Assembly (NCBI GenBank): GCA_965204755.1
Contig: OZ242011.1
Span: forward strand, 320,001 to 384,000
Length of the DNA stretch: 64,000 bases
Reading direction: 5' to 3'
DNA from: Candidatus Marinacidobacterium sp.
Lineage (GTDB): Bacteria > Acidobacteriota > Vicinamibacteria > Marinacidobacterales > Marinacidobacteraceae
The notes beneath the pieces are model-generated. The model searched no databases and was not told where the DNA came from. It was given only the letters and a program-made list of their open reading frames with translations. Below are positions 45,801-55,632 of the stretch, piece after piece. The position numbers were made by a program, and so were the translations under genes. Within the stretch, counting starts at the first letter, position 1; each line of letters begins with the position of its first letter.

Positions 45801-46274
45801 GAGCCACGCCGGGGTCGCGACCCGGGACTCGCCGTCCTCATGCACCGGGCGCGGGTCGGATCCGTCCGCGTCCATCAGCCAGAGGTTCGACTGCCCGCCC
45901 CGGTCGGAGACGAAGGCGACGGTCTCCCCGTCCGGGGAGAACCGGGGGTGGGCGTTGATCGCGGCCCCGCTGTCCTGGGTGAGGCACTCGGCGCGGCCGC
46001 CTTCCGCCGGCAGCCGGTAGATGTGGCCGAGCAGGTCGAAGACCAGGGTGGCGCCGTCGGGGGAGACATCCACCGAGAGGAAGGTGCCCTCGGAAGTCTC
46101 GAACTCCAGGTCCCAGGCGTCGCCCCGCGCCAGGGTGGTGTCCCAGCCGGAGTCGTCGGTGCGCCCGGATCCCTGGCCGAAGGCGGCGCCGGCGGCGAGG
46201 GTCGCGAAGAAGGCCGCGGGCGCCGCGGCCCGGGCCGGACGGCGGCTGCGGAGGGGTCTCGGGGCATCTCTCAT
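42885..46274 (-). CDS. Exported amidohydrolase with N-terminal TolB-like (PD40) beta-propellers
   Basis: Repeated SPDG blades; PGLIDMHAHH, GAHG, GTIEVGKLADLVVLDRNPLEDI. ATG at 46274. Confidence 0.9.
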   Translation of the reverse strand: MRDAPRPLRSRRPARAAAPAAFFATLAAGAAFGQGSGRTDDSGWDTTLARGDAWDLEFETSEGTFLSVDVSPDGATLVFDLLGHIYRLPAEGGRAECLTQDSGAAINAHPRFSPDGETVAFVSDRGGQSNLWLMDADGSDPRPVHEDGESRVATPAWLPDGRGIVARRFTLSRPRSSGLYLFHPEGGSGVELVGGDFPRAGWPAPSPDGRSLYFHFAPSRERDPVRGAMQVRRLDLETGEVREVTAGQSQQQYQGSSGGAIAPEPSPDGRYLAFARRIPGGTISWKGHRFGPRTALFLRDLETGAERLLADPIETDAAEGMKTDRVLPGYAWTADSRRLYATRGGRIIRVEAATGEVEEVPFTAAVKRRVSGQARARLDISADSFRARMLRWPALAPDGGSAVFHAAGRLYRMTLPGGQPTRLVAGGEAYEGAYEEAYELAPAFSPDGRTVAYVSWADTEGHLWTVPAAGGAPTRVSRTPGEYLHPVWTPDGSGIVAARGSGATQRGRSWSQNLHYDLVRFPAAGGEPEFITRTLRPYNAGRPLMPRRQIVAPSFGPEGRLFFPEQTARERDGRSEEVTKLVSVRPDGSDRRVHLTFPYADEAAPSPDGRFVAFAEGDNVYLTALPWPGAGGGPPHIERRRAALPIREVTKDGGMFPRWTPDGTLYLGSGPRITVYDPDAGGEAVHHPVDLRLPRARASGSLVFEGGRLVTLGEPGTVSRGSVRIVDGRIACVGECPAEPADRVVEVSGKTLIPGLIDMHAHHHRDHTGVLPRRNWEAAVYLAYGMTTTLDNSQWSQNVFSAAELVEAGEMVGPRMFSTGDPMYNGDGPRQNDIRSYEDAEANIERLVSWGATAIKSYMQPRRDQRQWIAEIARERGLMLTGEGGSLSYNLGLMLDGQTGWEHPLTYVPLYGDAAKFFGRTKAVYSITFVVGGPTVWNEEFFWQETANWRDPKQRRFLPWRMLVPHTRRRPLREATDYSFPLLAQGLAEVIAEGGSGAIGAHGQHHGIGSHWEIWMAESALGAEGALDLATRQGAAFLGLEHQTGTIEVGKLADLVVLDRNPLEDIRATADIRYVVKDGRVYDGDTLDEIWPEARPYGGYPWLDETMYREDDRPIRPNGADRPDGPGGR

Positions 46275-46384
46275 GGCGCGTTGCTTCCTCCCGGTCGGCC
46301 GCCGATGCGAGCGGCGGGAACGCCCGTTCCGGCGGAGGCCCGGGCGGGCCGGTCCCCGGAACGGACGCCCATAGTATCGGGGGG

Positions 46385-47440
46385 ATGGACGCCCCGGCGC
46401 CGCGCGGACCGCAGGAAGACGGCGGCCGGTCGGGCGGCGCGCCCCCGCCGGCGGTGGCGCCGCCGACATTCGCCGAGGCCGAGGAGGCCGCCGCGCGGCT
46501 GCGCCGCGAGTTCGCGCCGACGCCGCTCTTGCCCGCCGACCCGGCCCTCGCCCCCGACCTGCTGCTCAAGGTCGAGACGCTCCTCCCCACCCACTCCTTC
46601 AAGGTGCGCGGCGTCGGCTACGCCGCCTTCGCCTTCGGCCGGGAGCGGGCGCGCGCCGGGCTCTCCACGGTGAGCGCCGGGAACACCGCCTTGGCGCTGG
46701 CCTGGGCCGCGTCGCGGCTGGGCGTTACCGCCCGCTCGCTGCTGCCGGACACCGCGCCCGCCGCCAAGTCGGAGGCGTTCCGCGCCGCCGGCGGGATTCC
46801 CCGCCCGGTCCCGGTCCCCGAGTTGTTCCGCTTCCTCCGGGAGCGCCGCTTCGAGGCGGAGCCGTTCGCCTTCGTGCATCCCTGGATCGAGCCGCTCGTC
46901 CACCGGGGGCACGCCAGCCTCGCGGTGGAGATACTGGCGGCGGCGCCCGACCTCGAGTCCCTCTTCGTCCCGGTGGGCGGCGGCGGGCTGCTGACCGGCG
47001 TCGCCGGGGCGCTCAAGGATCGGCGCCCCGCCCTGCGGGTGTTCGCGGTCGAGCCCGCCGGCTGCTGCGCGCTGCGGGCGAGTCTGGCCGCCGGGCGGGC
47101 GGTCGCCGTCCCCTGCGAGACGATCTGCGACGGGGCCGCCGTCCCCTACCTGACCGAGGCCCTCTACCCGGCGCTCGCCGCGTTGGTGGACGAGACCGCG
47201 GTGGTCAGCGACGAGGAGACGCTCGCCGCCTCCCGGGACCTGCTCCTCACGCAGAAACTGGTCACGGAACCCTCCGGCGCGCTGGCCGTCGCCGGGGCCC
47301 GGAAGACCCCGCCGGCGGAGCGGGGCCGGAGCGTCGCCCTGGTGACCGGGGCGAACCTCGGCGCTCCCGGCCTCCGGCGCCTGCTGGCCCCGGGCGAGCC
47401 GTCCGCCGACGAGTCCGCCGACGAGTCCGCCGCCCGGTAG
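46385..47440 (+). CDS. PLP-dependent serine/threonine dehydratase family enzyme
   Basis: SFKVRG PLP lysine, SAGN, VPVGGGGL, EPSGA, VTGAN. Confidence 0.88.
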   Translation: MDAPAPRGPQEDGGRSGGAPPPAVAPPTFAEAEEAAARLRREFAPTPLLPADPALAPDLLLKVETLLPTHSFKVRGVGYAAFAFGRERARAGLSTVSAGNTALALAWAASRLGVTARSLLPDTAPAAKSEAFRAAGGIPRPVPVPELFRFLRERRFEAEPFAFVHPWIEPLVHRGHASLAVEILAAAPDLESLFVPVGGGGLLTGVAGALKDRRPALRVFAVEPAGCCALRASLAAGRAVAVPCETICDGAAVPYLTEALYPALAALVDETAVVSDEETLAASRDLLLTQKLVTEPSGALAVAGARKTPPAERGRSVALVTGANLGAPGLRRLLAPGEPSADESADESAAR

Positions 47441-47517
47441 AATTCGGGAATTCTCCCGCCGTCGGCCGAGCCGCGGCCGGGAACGGGAGCCGGATCCGGG
47501 GAGGCCGCGACCAAGAC

Positions 47518-48342
47518 ATGGGCATGTGGGGCACGCTGATCGGCGGCGCGCTGGGGTTCACCTTCGGCGGCCCGCTGGGCGCGCTGCTGGGCGCGGCCAT
47601 CGGCTCCGGCGTGGGCGGCGGCAGCGCGCGGGACCCCGGGCCGCAGGGGCGCCGGCCCCCGCCGCCTCCGCCGCCGACCGGCGCCCCGGGCCCCGACCCG
47701 CTGGAGGAGCGCCGGATCGCCTTCTTCGTGGCCACCTTCGGCGTGATGGGCCACATCGCCAAGGCGGACGGCCGGGTGAGCCCGGAGGAAGCGGAGTTCG
47801 CCCACGCGGTGATGGAGGGGCTGGGGCTCGACGCCCGGGACCGCAGCCTCGCCGCCCGGATCTTCGCCGAGGGCAAGTCCCCGGACTTCCATCTCGACGC
47901 CGCCCTCGGCCAACTCCTCCGGGTGGTCGGGCGCCGGCGGAACCTCCTCCGCAGTTTCCTGGAGATCCAGTTCAAGGCGGCCTGGGCCGACGGGTTCGTC
48001 CACCCGGCGGAGCGGGCGATCCTGGAGCACATCGGCGCGGTCCTGGGCTTTTCCGCCCGCGAACTGGAGCAGATGGAGCGCCTCGCGGCGGCGGACTTCG
48101 CCCCCCGCCGGGTCTCGGAAGAGGAGCAACTGGCCGCCGCCTACGGCGTCCTCGGCCTCGACCCCTCCGTCGGCGACGAGACCCTGCGCGCCTCCTACAA
48201 GCGGCTCATGCTCCAGCACCACCCGGACCGGCTGGCGGCGCAGGGGCTCCCGGCGGAGATGAAGGACGAGGCGACCCGCCGCACCCAGGAGATCCAGCGC
48301 GCCTACCAGACCATCCGCGACGCGAGGAAGAAAGCCGCCTGA
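47518..48342 (+). CDS. djlA: Co-chaperone DjlA
   Basis: Gly-rich N-terminal anchor, MGHIAKADGRVS (TerB-like), C-terminal J domain with HHPDRL. Confidence 0.9.
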   Translation: MGMWGTLIGGALGFTFGGPLGALLGAAIGSGVGGGSARDPGPQGRRPPPPPPPTGAPGPDPLEERRIAFFVATFGVMGHIAKADGRVSPEEAEFAHAVMEGLGLDARDRSLAARIFAEGKSPDFHLDAALGQLLRVVGRRRNLLRSFLEIQFKAAWADGFVHPAERAILEHIGAVLGFSARELEQMERLAAADFAPRRVSEEEQLAAAYGVLGLDPSVGDETLRASYKRLMLQHHPDRLAAQGLPAEMKDEATRRTQEIQRAYQTIRDARKKAA

Positions 48343-48556
48343 GACGGGCGATTCCCGAACGGGAATCGGACGGGAATCCCACGGCGTCGCGGGGCCGAGT
48401 CCCCGGTAGAATTCCCGGTTCGGGCCGGCGGCGCCGCCGCGAGCGGCCGCCCGCCCCCTGCGGCATGAGAAGGGCCCCGAGGCCCGGGCCCGCCTCCGGC
48501 GGATCGCGCCGGCGGACGACCCCTTCCACCGACCCGGAGATCGGGAGGACGCGCTC

Positions 48557-50605
48557 TTGGAAACCACCTACCTGTACCTGACCCCCGCGTTCGGCGCGGT
48601 GGCGCTGCTGTTCGCGCTCACCCGGGCGCGGTTCGTCGGCCGCCAGGACGCCGGCACCGACCGCATGAAGGAGATCGCGGCGGCGATCCGCGAAGGCGCG
48701 ATGGCGTTCCTCCGCCGCGAGTACTCGGTGCTCGCCGGGTTCGCGCTCGTCGTCGCGGTCGTCCTCTACCTGGCGAACCTCGGTTCCGGCAACCAACTGG
48801 TGGGGCTGTCGTTCCTCATCGGCGCGGGGTGTTCCGCTTTGGCCGGGCTCTTCGGGATGCGGGTCGCCACCGCCGCCAATGTCCGGACCGCGAGCGCGGC
48901 CCGCCGGTCCATCGCCCCGGCGCTCCGGGTGGCCTTCGCCGGCGGCTCCGTGATGGGGATGTCCGTGGTGGGGCTCGGCGTGATCGGGCTCTCCGGCCTC
49001 TTCCTGCTCTACGGCGGCCTCTTCGGCACCACCGCGGAGGCCCTGCAGGGACAGGTGCTGCAGGTGCTCTCCGGGTTCAGTCTGGGCGCTTCCTCGATCG
49101 CGCTGTTCGCCCGGGTCGGGGGCGGCATCTACACGAAGTCCGCCGATGTGGGCGCCGACCTGGTCGGCAAGGTGGAAGCCGGGATCCCGGAGGACGACCC
49201 CCGGAACCCGGCGGTCATCGCCGACAATGTGGGCGACAATGTGGGCGATGTCTGCGGGATGGGCGCGGACCTGTTCGAGTCCTATGTGGGGGCGATCATC
49301 GGCGGCATGGTGCTCGGCGTCGCCTACGCCGAGTCCATCGGGGCGGCCCCGCTGCGGCTGGTGGTGCTGCCGCTCGCGCTCGCCGGGTTCGGCATCGCGG
49401 CCAGCGTCCTCGGGACCTTCGCGGTGCGCACCCGGGAGGGCGGCAACCCGCAGACGGCGCTGAACCTGGGCACCCTGCTCGCCGGGGTGATCATGCTGGG
49501 CCTCGCCTGGCCGGTCATCGGCGCGCTGGCGCCCGAAGCGCAGGGCGCGCTCTACGGCTGCCTGGTCTGCGGGCTGGCGGTCGGCGCGGCCATCGGGCTC
49601 ATCACCGAGTACTACACCTCGGACGCCCGGAAGCCCGCGCAGGCGGTCGCCGCGGCCTCGGGCACCGGCTCGGCCACCAACATCATCGCCGGGCTGGCGC
49701 TGGGGATGCGCTCGACCGCGCTCCCGCTGCTGCTCATCGCCGGGGCGATCGCCCTCGGCTACGAACTCGCCGGGCTCTACGGCATCGCCGTCGCCGGGCT
49801 GGGGATGCTCGCCACGGTGGGGATCCAGTTGGCGGTGGACGCCTACGGGCCCATCGCCGACAACGCCGGCGGCATCGCCGAGATGAGCGAACTGCCGGGC
49901 GAAGTCCGCGAGCGCACCGACAAGTTGGACGCGGTCGGCAACACCACCGCGGCGATCGGCAAGGGTTTCGCCATCGGCTCCGCGGCGCTTGCGGCGATGG
50001 CGCTCATGGCCGCCTTCCAGCAGCAGGCGGGAGTCGGCGCGCTCGGGCTCTCGCTCGGCAACCCGGTCGTCCTCGCCGGGCTGCTCATCGGCGGGATGGT
50101 GCCGTTCCTGTTCTCCTCGATCGCCATGAAGGCGGTCGGCGAAGCCGCCTTCGACATGATCCGGGAAGTCCGCCGGCAGTTCCGGGAGATTCCCGGCCTG
50201 CTCGAAGGGAAGCCCGGCGCGAAGGCGGACAACGCCCGCTGCGTGGACATCGCCACCGCCGCCGCGCTCCGCCGGATGGTCGCTCCGGGACTGCTCGCGG
50301 TGCTCATCCCGGTCGCGGCCGGCTTCGTCGTCGGCAAGTACTTCCTCGCCGGGCTGCTCGCCGGCGCGCTGGTGAGCGGGGTGCTGCTCGCCATCTTCAT
50401 GGCGAACGCCGGCGGCGCTTGGGACAACGCCAAGAAATACATCGAGGGCGGCAGCCACGGGGGCAAGGGCAGCGAAGCGCACAAGGCCGCGGTGGTCGGG
50501 GACACCGTCGGCGACCCGTTCAAGGACACCGCCGGCCCGGCCATCAACATCCTGATCAAACTCATGTCGGTGGTGGCCCTGGTCATCGCGCCGCTCATCC
50601 GGTAA
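48557..50605 (+). CDS. hppA: Membrane-bound ion-translocating pyrophosphatase, K+-dependent signature (probably Na+-PPase)
   Basis: [30 protein letters not shown] (Ala marks K+ dependence), [10 protein letters not shown]. Confidence 0.95.
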   Translation: METTYLYLTPAFGAVALLFALTRARFVGRQDAGTDRMKEIAAAIREGAMAFLRREYSVLAGFALVVAVVLYLANLGSGNQLVGLSFLIGAGCSALAGLFGMRVATAANVRTASAARRSIAPALRVAFAGGSVMGMSVVGLGVIGLSGLFLLYGGLFGTTAEALQGQVLQVLSGFSLGASSIALFARVGGGIYTKSADVGADLVGKVEAGIPEDDPRNPAVIADNVGDNVGDVCGMGADLFESYVGAIIGGMVLGVAYAESIGAAPLRLVVLPLALAGFGIAASVLGTFAVRTREGGNPQTALNLGTLLAGVIMLGLAWPVIGALAPEAQGALYGCLVCGLAVGAAIGLITEYYTSDARKPAQAVAAASGTGSATNIIAGLALGMRSTALPLLLIAGAIALGYELAGLYGIAVAGLGMLATVGIQLAVDAYGPIADNAGGIAEMSELPGEVRERTDKLDAVGNTTAAIGKGFAIGSAALAAMALMAAFQQQAGVGALGLSLGNPVVLAGLLIGGMVPFLFSSIAMKAVGEAAFDMIREVRRQFREIPGLLEGKPGAKADNARCVDIATAAALRRMVAPGLLAVLIPVAAGFVVGKYFLAGLLAGALVSGVLLAIFMANAGGAWDNAKKYIEGGSHGGKGSEAHKAAVVGDTVGDPFKDTAGPAINILIKLMSVVALVIAPLIR

Positions 50606-50672
50606 GCCGGAGGGCCGGAGGGCCGGGAGCGGCGGCGCCCCCGGCCTCCGAGTCAGTCCATGCCGGCTCCCG

Positions 50673-51461
50673 TCAGGGCGCGGCGTCTTCCGGCGGCAGC
50701 ACCCGGAGGGAAACCGCTTCGTCGTCCCCGAGGAAGCCGCCGTCGTCGTTCCAGTACCAACTCCGCTTCGCCGGCAGCCGCAGCCCGCCGCCGGCGACTT
50801 CGCCGCTCAGCAGGATGTACTCGCCGTCGTTCTTCTCTTCGTCGTGGTGGAAGCGGTAGCCGAGCAGCCGCGCGCTCTCCGGGTCGAAGAAGAAATACCA
50901 GGTGTCCCCGCCGACTTCGGGGTCGTAGGTCACGCGGACCCGCAGCGCCTCCTGCCCCTCCCAAGTGTCCGGGACCGCTTCCTCGAAGAAGATCGCGCCG
51001 GGGTCGCGCAGTTTCATCGGCAGCCCCCAGAGATACAGGTAGTAGTTCCGGAGGCGCAGCACGCCCTCTTCCGAGAGGCCGCGCTCGGCGAACGCCTCTT
51101 CGTCGAGGTCGGTCTCGCCGTCCACTTCCCGGAGGACGACCCGGTCTCCCGCCGTCTCGAACCGGGTGGACTCCCCCTCGATCGCCCGCGTGACGCTGAC
51201 CAGCCCGTTCCCGGCGTCCATCCGGATCTCCGTCGTCCGGTCGGGCCGGTCCGGCCGCGACTCCACGAGCCGCAGTTCCACCGCCGCCGAGTCCCACACC
51301 CCGCCGGGGTCGTGGTAGGCGATGGACCTCTCGACGACGGCCCGCGCCGACTCCCGCGGCTCCTCGGGCGCCGGAGGAGGCGCGGAGCAGGAGAGGGCGA
51401 AAGCGGCGGCGGCCGCACCGACGGCGGCGGCGCGACGGTTCCGGGAAGCGGGGATCGGCAT
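50673..51461 (-). CDS. DUF6503-like lipoprotein
   Basis: Lipobox ALSC, SIAYHDP, RNYYLYLWGLPMKLRDPG, VTYDPEVGGDTWYFFFD. Confidence 0.75.
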   Translation of the reverse strand: MPIPASRNRRAAAVGAAAAAFALSCSAPPPAPEEPRESARAVVERSIAYHDPGGVWDSAAVELRLVESRPDRPDRTTEIRMDAGNGLVSVTRAIEGESTRFETAGDRVVLREVDGETDLDEEAFAERGLSEEGVLRLRNYYLYLWGLPMKLRDPGAIFFEEAVPDTWEGQEALRVRVTYDPEVGGDTWYFFFDPESARLLGYRFHHDEEKNDGEYILLSGEVAGGGLRLPAKRSWYWNDDGGFLGDDEAVSLRVLPPEDAAP

Positions 51462-51522
51462 GGGCGGGTGGACCTCGAAGGCGCCGGAGCGTATCCGTTC
51501 GCCCGGACCGCCCGCTGCGGGC

Positions 51523-51751
51523 GTCAGCCGCCCGCGGAGAAAGTCCCGGGGAGCACTCGTCGGCGCGAAGCGCCGACCGGGGAGGGGTGCGGGGAGGGGG
51601 TGGCCCCCTCCCCGCGAACGATGGCGGGGGGAATCGCGCAGCGATTCGCGCCGCCGGCCCGTGGGAAGAGCGCCCCGCCGCGAGACCGAACGGAGACTTG
51701 GCGCCCTCGCGTCGAGGAGTGGACGGCGGGGCGCTTTTTCCACGGGCTGAC
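51523..51751. mobile_element. MITE-like palindromic element
   Basis: Imperfect terminal inverted repeats gtcagcc(gcc)cgcggagaaag / ctttttccacgggctgac enclosing several strong hairpins; no credible ORF. Confidence 0.55.
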
Positions 51752-51794
51752 TGTTACACTCGCCGCCCGGCGCGCGCCTGCATCAGTTTTCGCC

Positions 51795-52667
51795 TTGCAC
51801 CTCTCCCGCGGCGTTCCGCAGCGCCGGTTCCCGAGGGTTTGCGTCCCCGCCGCCGCCCTCGCCCTCGCGGCGTTCCCGGCCGCCGGCGCCCCCCCCGTCG
51901 AGGAAGCGGAACTCCGCTACCCGGTGGATGTGGCGGTCTCCGCCGACGGGGAGATCTTCGTGGCCGACATCGAGGCGGCTTCGCTGCTGAAGTGGGCGGG
52001 AACCGGCTTCGAGGTGGTCGCCGCCGGCGAAGGGCTGCCCCGCACACCGCTGTTCGGCATCCGGCACATCGCCCCGGACGACACCGGCGGCGCCGGGAGC
52101 ATCGTCGCCAGCGACCCGGCGACCATGGCGCTCTACCGGCTCTCCGCCGAAGGCGCCATCGAGAAGATCCCCGACGACGACCGCTTCGTGACCCCCTGGG
52201 GCGTGGCGGTCCTGCCCGGCGGGGAGATCCTCGCGGCGGACCGGGTGACCCGGCGGCTGCGCCGGGTCGGCCCGGACGCCGAGGTCGAGGATGTCCTCGA
52301 CATCACCGCGCCGCGGGCCATCCTGGCGGAGCCCGACGGCGCGCTCCACATCCTCACCGACCGGAACCTGCTGCGGGTGGAGAACGGCGCCGCCGAGCCG
52401 CTGATCCAGTCGCCGCCGTTCGAGTTCCCCCACGACTTCGCCCGCGCGGCGGACGGCTCGTTCTTCGTTACCGACGGCTACGCCCGCTGCGTCTGGCGGG
52501 TGAGCCCCGAGGGGCGGGTCTCCGTCCTCACCGAAGGGGAGCCGCTTCGCAGCCCCCAGGGAATCGCCGCCGACGCGGGCGGCGAGTTGCTGGTGGCGGA
52601 CGCGCAGGTTCCCGCGATTTTCCGGATCTCCCCGGACACCGGGGAAGTCCGCCGGCTCGGCGAATGA
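51795..52667 (+). CDS. Exported NHL-repeat beta-propeller protein
   Basis: Repeats YPVDVAV..DGEIFVAD, TPWGVAV, FPHD..DGSFFVTD, SPQGIA..GELLVAD; signal-like segment. Start uncertain. Confidence 0.8.
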   Translation: MHLSRGVPQRRFPRVCVPAAALALAAFPAAGAPPVEEAELRYPVDVAVSADGEIFVADIEAASLLKWAGTGFEVVAAGEGLPRTPLFGIRHIAPDDTGGAGSIVASDPATMALYRLSAEGAIEKIPDDDRFVTPWGVAVLPGGEILAADRVTRRLRRVGPDAEVEDVLDITAPRAILAEPDGALHILTDRNLLRVENGAAEPLIQSPPFEFPHDFARAADGSFFVTDGYARCVWRVSPEGRVSVLTEGEPLRSPQGIAADAGGELLVADAQVPAIFRISPDTGEVRRLGE

Positions 52668-52698
52668 GCCCGCTCCGGGCCGAGGAGTACCGAACACC

Positions 52699-54060
52699 AT
52701 GAGAGAAGACCGCGGAAGTTGGGGGTCGAGCCCCGGCTTCATCCTCGCCGCGACCGGTTCCGCGGTGGGACTGGGAAATGTCTGGGGCTTCCCGACCCGC
52801 GTCGGGCAGGAAGGCGGCGCCGCCTTCGTCCTCGTGTACCTGATCGCCGTGGTCTTCGTCTGCGCGCCGATCCTGCTCGGCGAGATCCTGGTCGGACGGC
52901 ACAGCCAACTCGGCCCCGCCGGCGCGGTGCGGCGAATCGCCCCCTCCGGCGGCTGGTGGATCATCGGCCTGCTCGCCATCGCCTGCGGGACCTTCATCCT
53001 GTCCTTCTACTCGGTGATCGCCGGCTGGACGATCCAATACCTCTGGCTCGCGCTGACCGGCGGCCTCGCCGCCGACGCCGAAGGCTCGAGCGCGCTGTTC
53101 GGGAGCGTCGCCGGCGCGGGAACGCGCAATGTGGTCGCCACCCTCCTCTTCCTGGTGGCCACCGGCTGGTGCGTGAACCGCGGCATCCGGAACGGCATCG
53201 AGGCCGCGTCGCGGCTGATGATGCCCTTCCTGTTCCTCCTGCTGGTGGTCCTGGCGGTCCGTTCGGTGACCCTTCCCGGCGCCGCCGAAGGGCTCGCCTA
53301 CTACCTGAGCCCGGACTGGAGCCAGGTCTTCGAGCCGGATGTGATGGTCGCGGCGCTCGGCCAGGCGTTCTTCTCCCTGAGTCTGGGCATGGGGGCGCTC
53401 ATCACCTACGGCAGTTACCTCCACCGTTCCCAACCGGTGCGCAAACCGGGCATGGCGATCGTCGGCATAGACACGGCGATCGCGCTGCTCGCCGGTTTCA
53501 TCATCTTCCCGGCCGGTTTCTCCATCGCCGGTTTCGACCCGACCGCCAGCGGCCCCGGCCTCATCTTCGCGGTCCTGCCCCAGTTGTTCGCCACGCTCCC
53601 CGGGGGCCTGCTGTTCGGCGCGGCGTTCTTCGTGCTCCTGTCGGTCGCCGCGTTCACTTCCACGATCTCGCTGCTCGAGGTTCCGACTTCGCACGCGATC
53701 GACCAATGGAAGTGGCCCCGGCGGAAGGCGGTCGCGGTCATCACCGGATTCACCTTCCTGTTCTCCATACCGTCGGCGCTGTCGCTCGGCGCCTGGCCGT
53801 CGTTGACGGACCTTCCCGGCATCGGCGGCAGTTTCCTCGACCTGATGGCGAACATCTGGAACGAAGCCGCGCTCCCCATCGGCGGGCTCCTGCTGAGCCT
53901 GTTCATCGGCTGGAAGTGGGGCGCCCGGGCCGCCGCCGAGGAAATGCGCCGCGACGGGCAGGGTTTCCCCAGCCCGGCGCTTTGGGGATTCCTCATCCGG
54001 TTCGTCTCGCCGGCCGCCATCCTCTTCGTCATCATCAGCCAGGTCCGCGGCTGGTTCTAG
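52699..54060 (+). CDS. Sodium-dependent transporter (NSS/SNF family)
   Basis: GSAVGLGNVWGFP, GGAAF, FYSVIAGW, GQAFFSLSLG, GPGLIF. Confidence 0.95.
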   Translation: MREDRGSWGSSPGFILAATGSAVGLGNVWGFPTRVGQEGGAAFVLVYLIAVVFVCAPILLGEILVGRHSQLGPAGAVRRIAPSGGWWIIGLLAIACGTFILSFYSVIAGWTIQYLWLALTGGLAADAEGSSALFGSVAGAGTRNVVATLLFLVATGWCVNRGIRNGIEAASRLMMPFLFLLLVVLAVRSVTLPGAAEGLAYYLSPDWSQVFEPDVMVAALGQAFFSLSLGMGALITYGSYLHRSQPVRKPGMAIVGIDTAIALLAGFIIFPAGFSIAGFDPTASGPGLIFAVLPQLFATLPGGLLFGAAFFVLLSVAAFTSTISLLEVPTSHAIDQWKWPRRKAVAVITGFTFLFSIPSALSLGAWPSLTDLPGIGGSFLDLMANIWNEAALPIGGLLLSLFIGWKWGARAAAEEMRRDGQGFPSPALWGFLIRFVSPAAILFVIISQVRGWF

Positions 54061-54141
54061 CCCCCGCGCCGCCAACCCCGCCGCCCCCGCCATCCCCGCC
54101 GCCGCCATCCCCGCCGCCGCCGCCGGACCTCGGAGACCGAA

Positions 54142-55527
54142 ATGACCGCCTTCACCGAATTCATCGCCTGGGCCTCGAACGCCATCTACCAGTGGTACGC
54201 CCTGCCCCTGCTCCTCGTCGTCTGCGGCCTCTACCTGACGATACGAACCGGTTTCGTCCAGGTCCGCGGTTTCGGCGCGGGACTGCGCCGCGTCGTCGCC
54301 GGCATGTCGCACGACCAGCACGGCGCCGAAGGGGAGATCACCCCGTTCCAGGCGCTCTCGACGGCGCTCGCCTCCACGGTCGGCAACGGGAACATCGGCG
54401 GCGTCGCCACCGCCATCCTGGTGGGCGGCCCCGGCGCGATCTTCTGGATGTGGATCACCGCGCTGTTCGGGATGGCCACCAAGTACTCGGAAGCGGTGCT
54501 CGGCGTCACCTACCGGGTGAAACGGGAGTCGGGCCACTTCGCGAGCGGCCCGATGTACTACATCGTCCAGGGCGTGAAGAACCCGGGGCTCGGCAAGGGC
54601 CTCGCGATCATGTTCTGCGTCTTCGGCGCCGCCACCGCGCTGCTCGGCACCGGGAACATGGCGCAGTCGAACACCATCGTCCGCACCTTCGTGAACGCCG
54701 CCGAGCAGTTCGGCATGACGGTATCGCCCTGGGTTCCGGGAGTCCTCATCACGGTCCTGGTGGGCGCGGTGCTGCTCGGCGGCATCAAGCGGATCGCATC
54801 GGTGGCCGAGAAACTGGTCCCGACGATGCTCGTCATCTACCTGGGAATGGCGCTGACTTTCCTGCTGCTCAACATCAGCGCGCTTCCCGGCGTGTTCGCG
54901 GTCATCTTCGAGCACGCGTTCTCGCCGCACGCCGCCGCCGGCGGATTCCTCGGCGTCACCGTGCGCCAGGCCATCGCCGCCGGCATCAGCCGCGGCGTGC
55001 TCTCCAACGAAGCCGGTCTCGGCAGCGCGCCGATCGCCCACGGCGTCGCGCAGGTGAAACATCCTTCCGACCAGGGACTGGTCGGCGTCTTCGAAGTCTT
55101 CGTGGACACCATCGTGGTCTGCACCATGACCGCGTTCGCCATCATCTCCTCCGGCCTCTGGCAGGCCGCCGAGTACCAGAACGCGAGCGGCGACCTGACG
55201 GCGGCGGCCTTCGCGACCACCTTCGGGATCGGTCCGGTGGTGATCGCGATCTCGTCGTTCCTCTTCGGCTTCTCCACGATCATCGGCTGGTACTACTACG
55301 GGGAGACCTGCTGGGAGTACATGTTCGGCTCGAAGGGACTCGTCCCCTACCGCATCCTCTATGTGGCGCTGCTGCTCATCGGCGGACTGGTCACCGTGGA
55401 GACGGTATGGAATGTGGGCACGCTGCTCAACGGCTTCATGGCCTTCCCCAACCTGATCGGGATGCTGTTCCTCGGCGGCGTGGTCGCGCAGAAGACCAAG
55501 GAACACTACGCGTCGGCGCGGCGTTAG
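54142..55527 (+). CDS. Alanine/glycine:cation symporter (AGCS family)
   Basis: TVGNGNIGGVATAI, GGPGAIFWMW, SNEAGLGSAPIAH, DTIVVCTMT. Confidence 0.95.
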   Translation: MTAFTEFIAWASNAIYQWYALPLLLVVCGLYLTIRTGFVQVRGFGAGLRRVVAGMSHDQHGAEGEITPFQALSTALASTVGNGNIGGVATAILVGGPGAIFWMWITALFGMATKYSEAVLGVTYRVKRESGHFASGPMYYIVQGVKNPGLGKGLAIMFCVFGAATALLGTGNMAQSNTIVRTFVNAAEQFGMTVSPWVPGVLITVLVGAVLLGGIKRIASVAEKLVPTMLVIYLGMALTFLLLNISALPGVFAVIFEHAFSPHAAAGGFLGVTVRQAIAAGISRGVLSNEAGLGSAPIAHGVAQVKHPSDQGLVGVFEVFVDTIVVCTMTAFAIISSGLWQAAEYQNASGDLTAAAFATTFGIGPVVIAISSFLFGFSTIIGWYYYGETCWEYMFGSKGLVPYRILYVALLLIGGLVTVETVWNVGTLLNGFMAFPNLIGMLFLGGVVAQKTKEHYASARR

Positions 55528-55587
55528 CGCCCGGGCGGAGAGAGCGCCCCGGCGCGTTGCCGCCGACGGGCGCTCCCGCCGGCGCTC

Positions 55588-55610
55588 GCCGCGGCCGTTA
55601 CGGCCGCGGC
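55588..55610. terminator. Hairpin between convergent genes
   Basis: gccgcggccg-tta-cggccgcggc, perfect 10-bp stem; weak U-tract. Confidence 0.45.
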
Positions 55611-55632
55611 ATTTACGGCCGGGGCCGGTTCG

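Noticed and set aside
4506-46673. Very long antisense ORFs (4506..8390, 13165..17826, 24087..27989, 43149..46673 and others)
   Set aside because: They mirror well-supported genes on the opposite strand and carry no motifs of their own.
47437-48415. GGGAATTCCC-like palindromes flanking djlA as a regulator site
   Set aside because: Spacing is inconsistent, similar motifs occur inside a CDS near 56080, and they are partly explained by TAGAAT -10 boxes.
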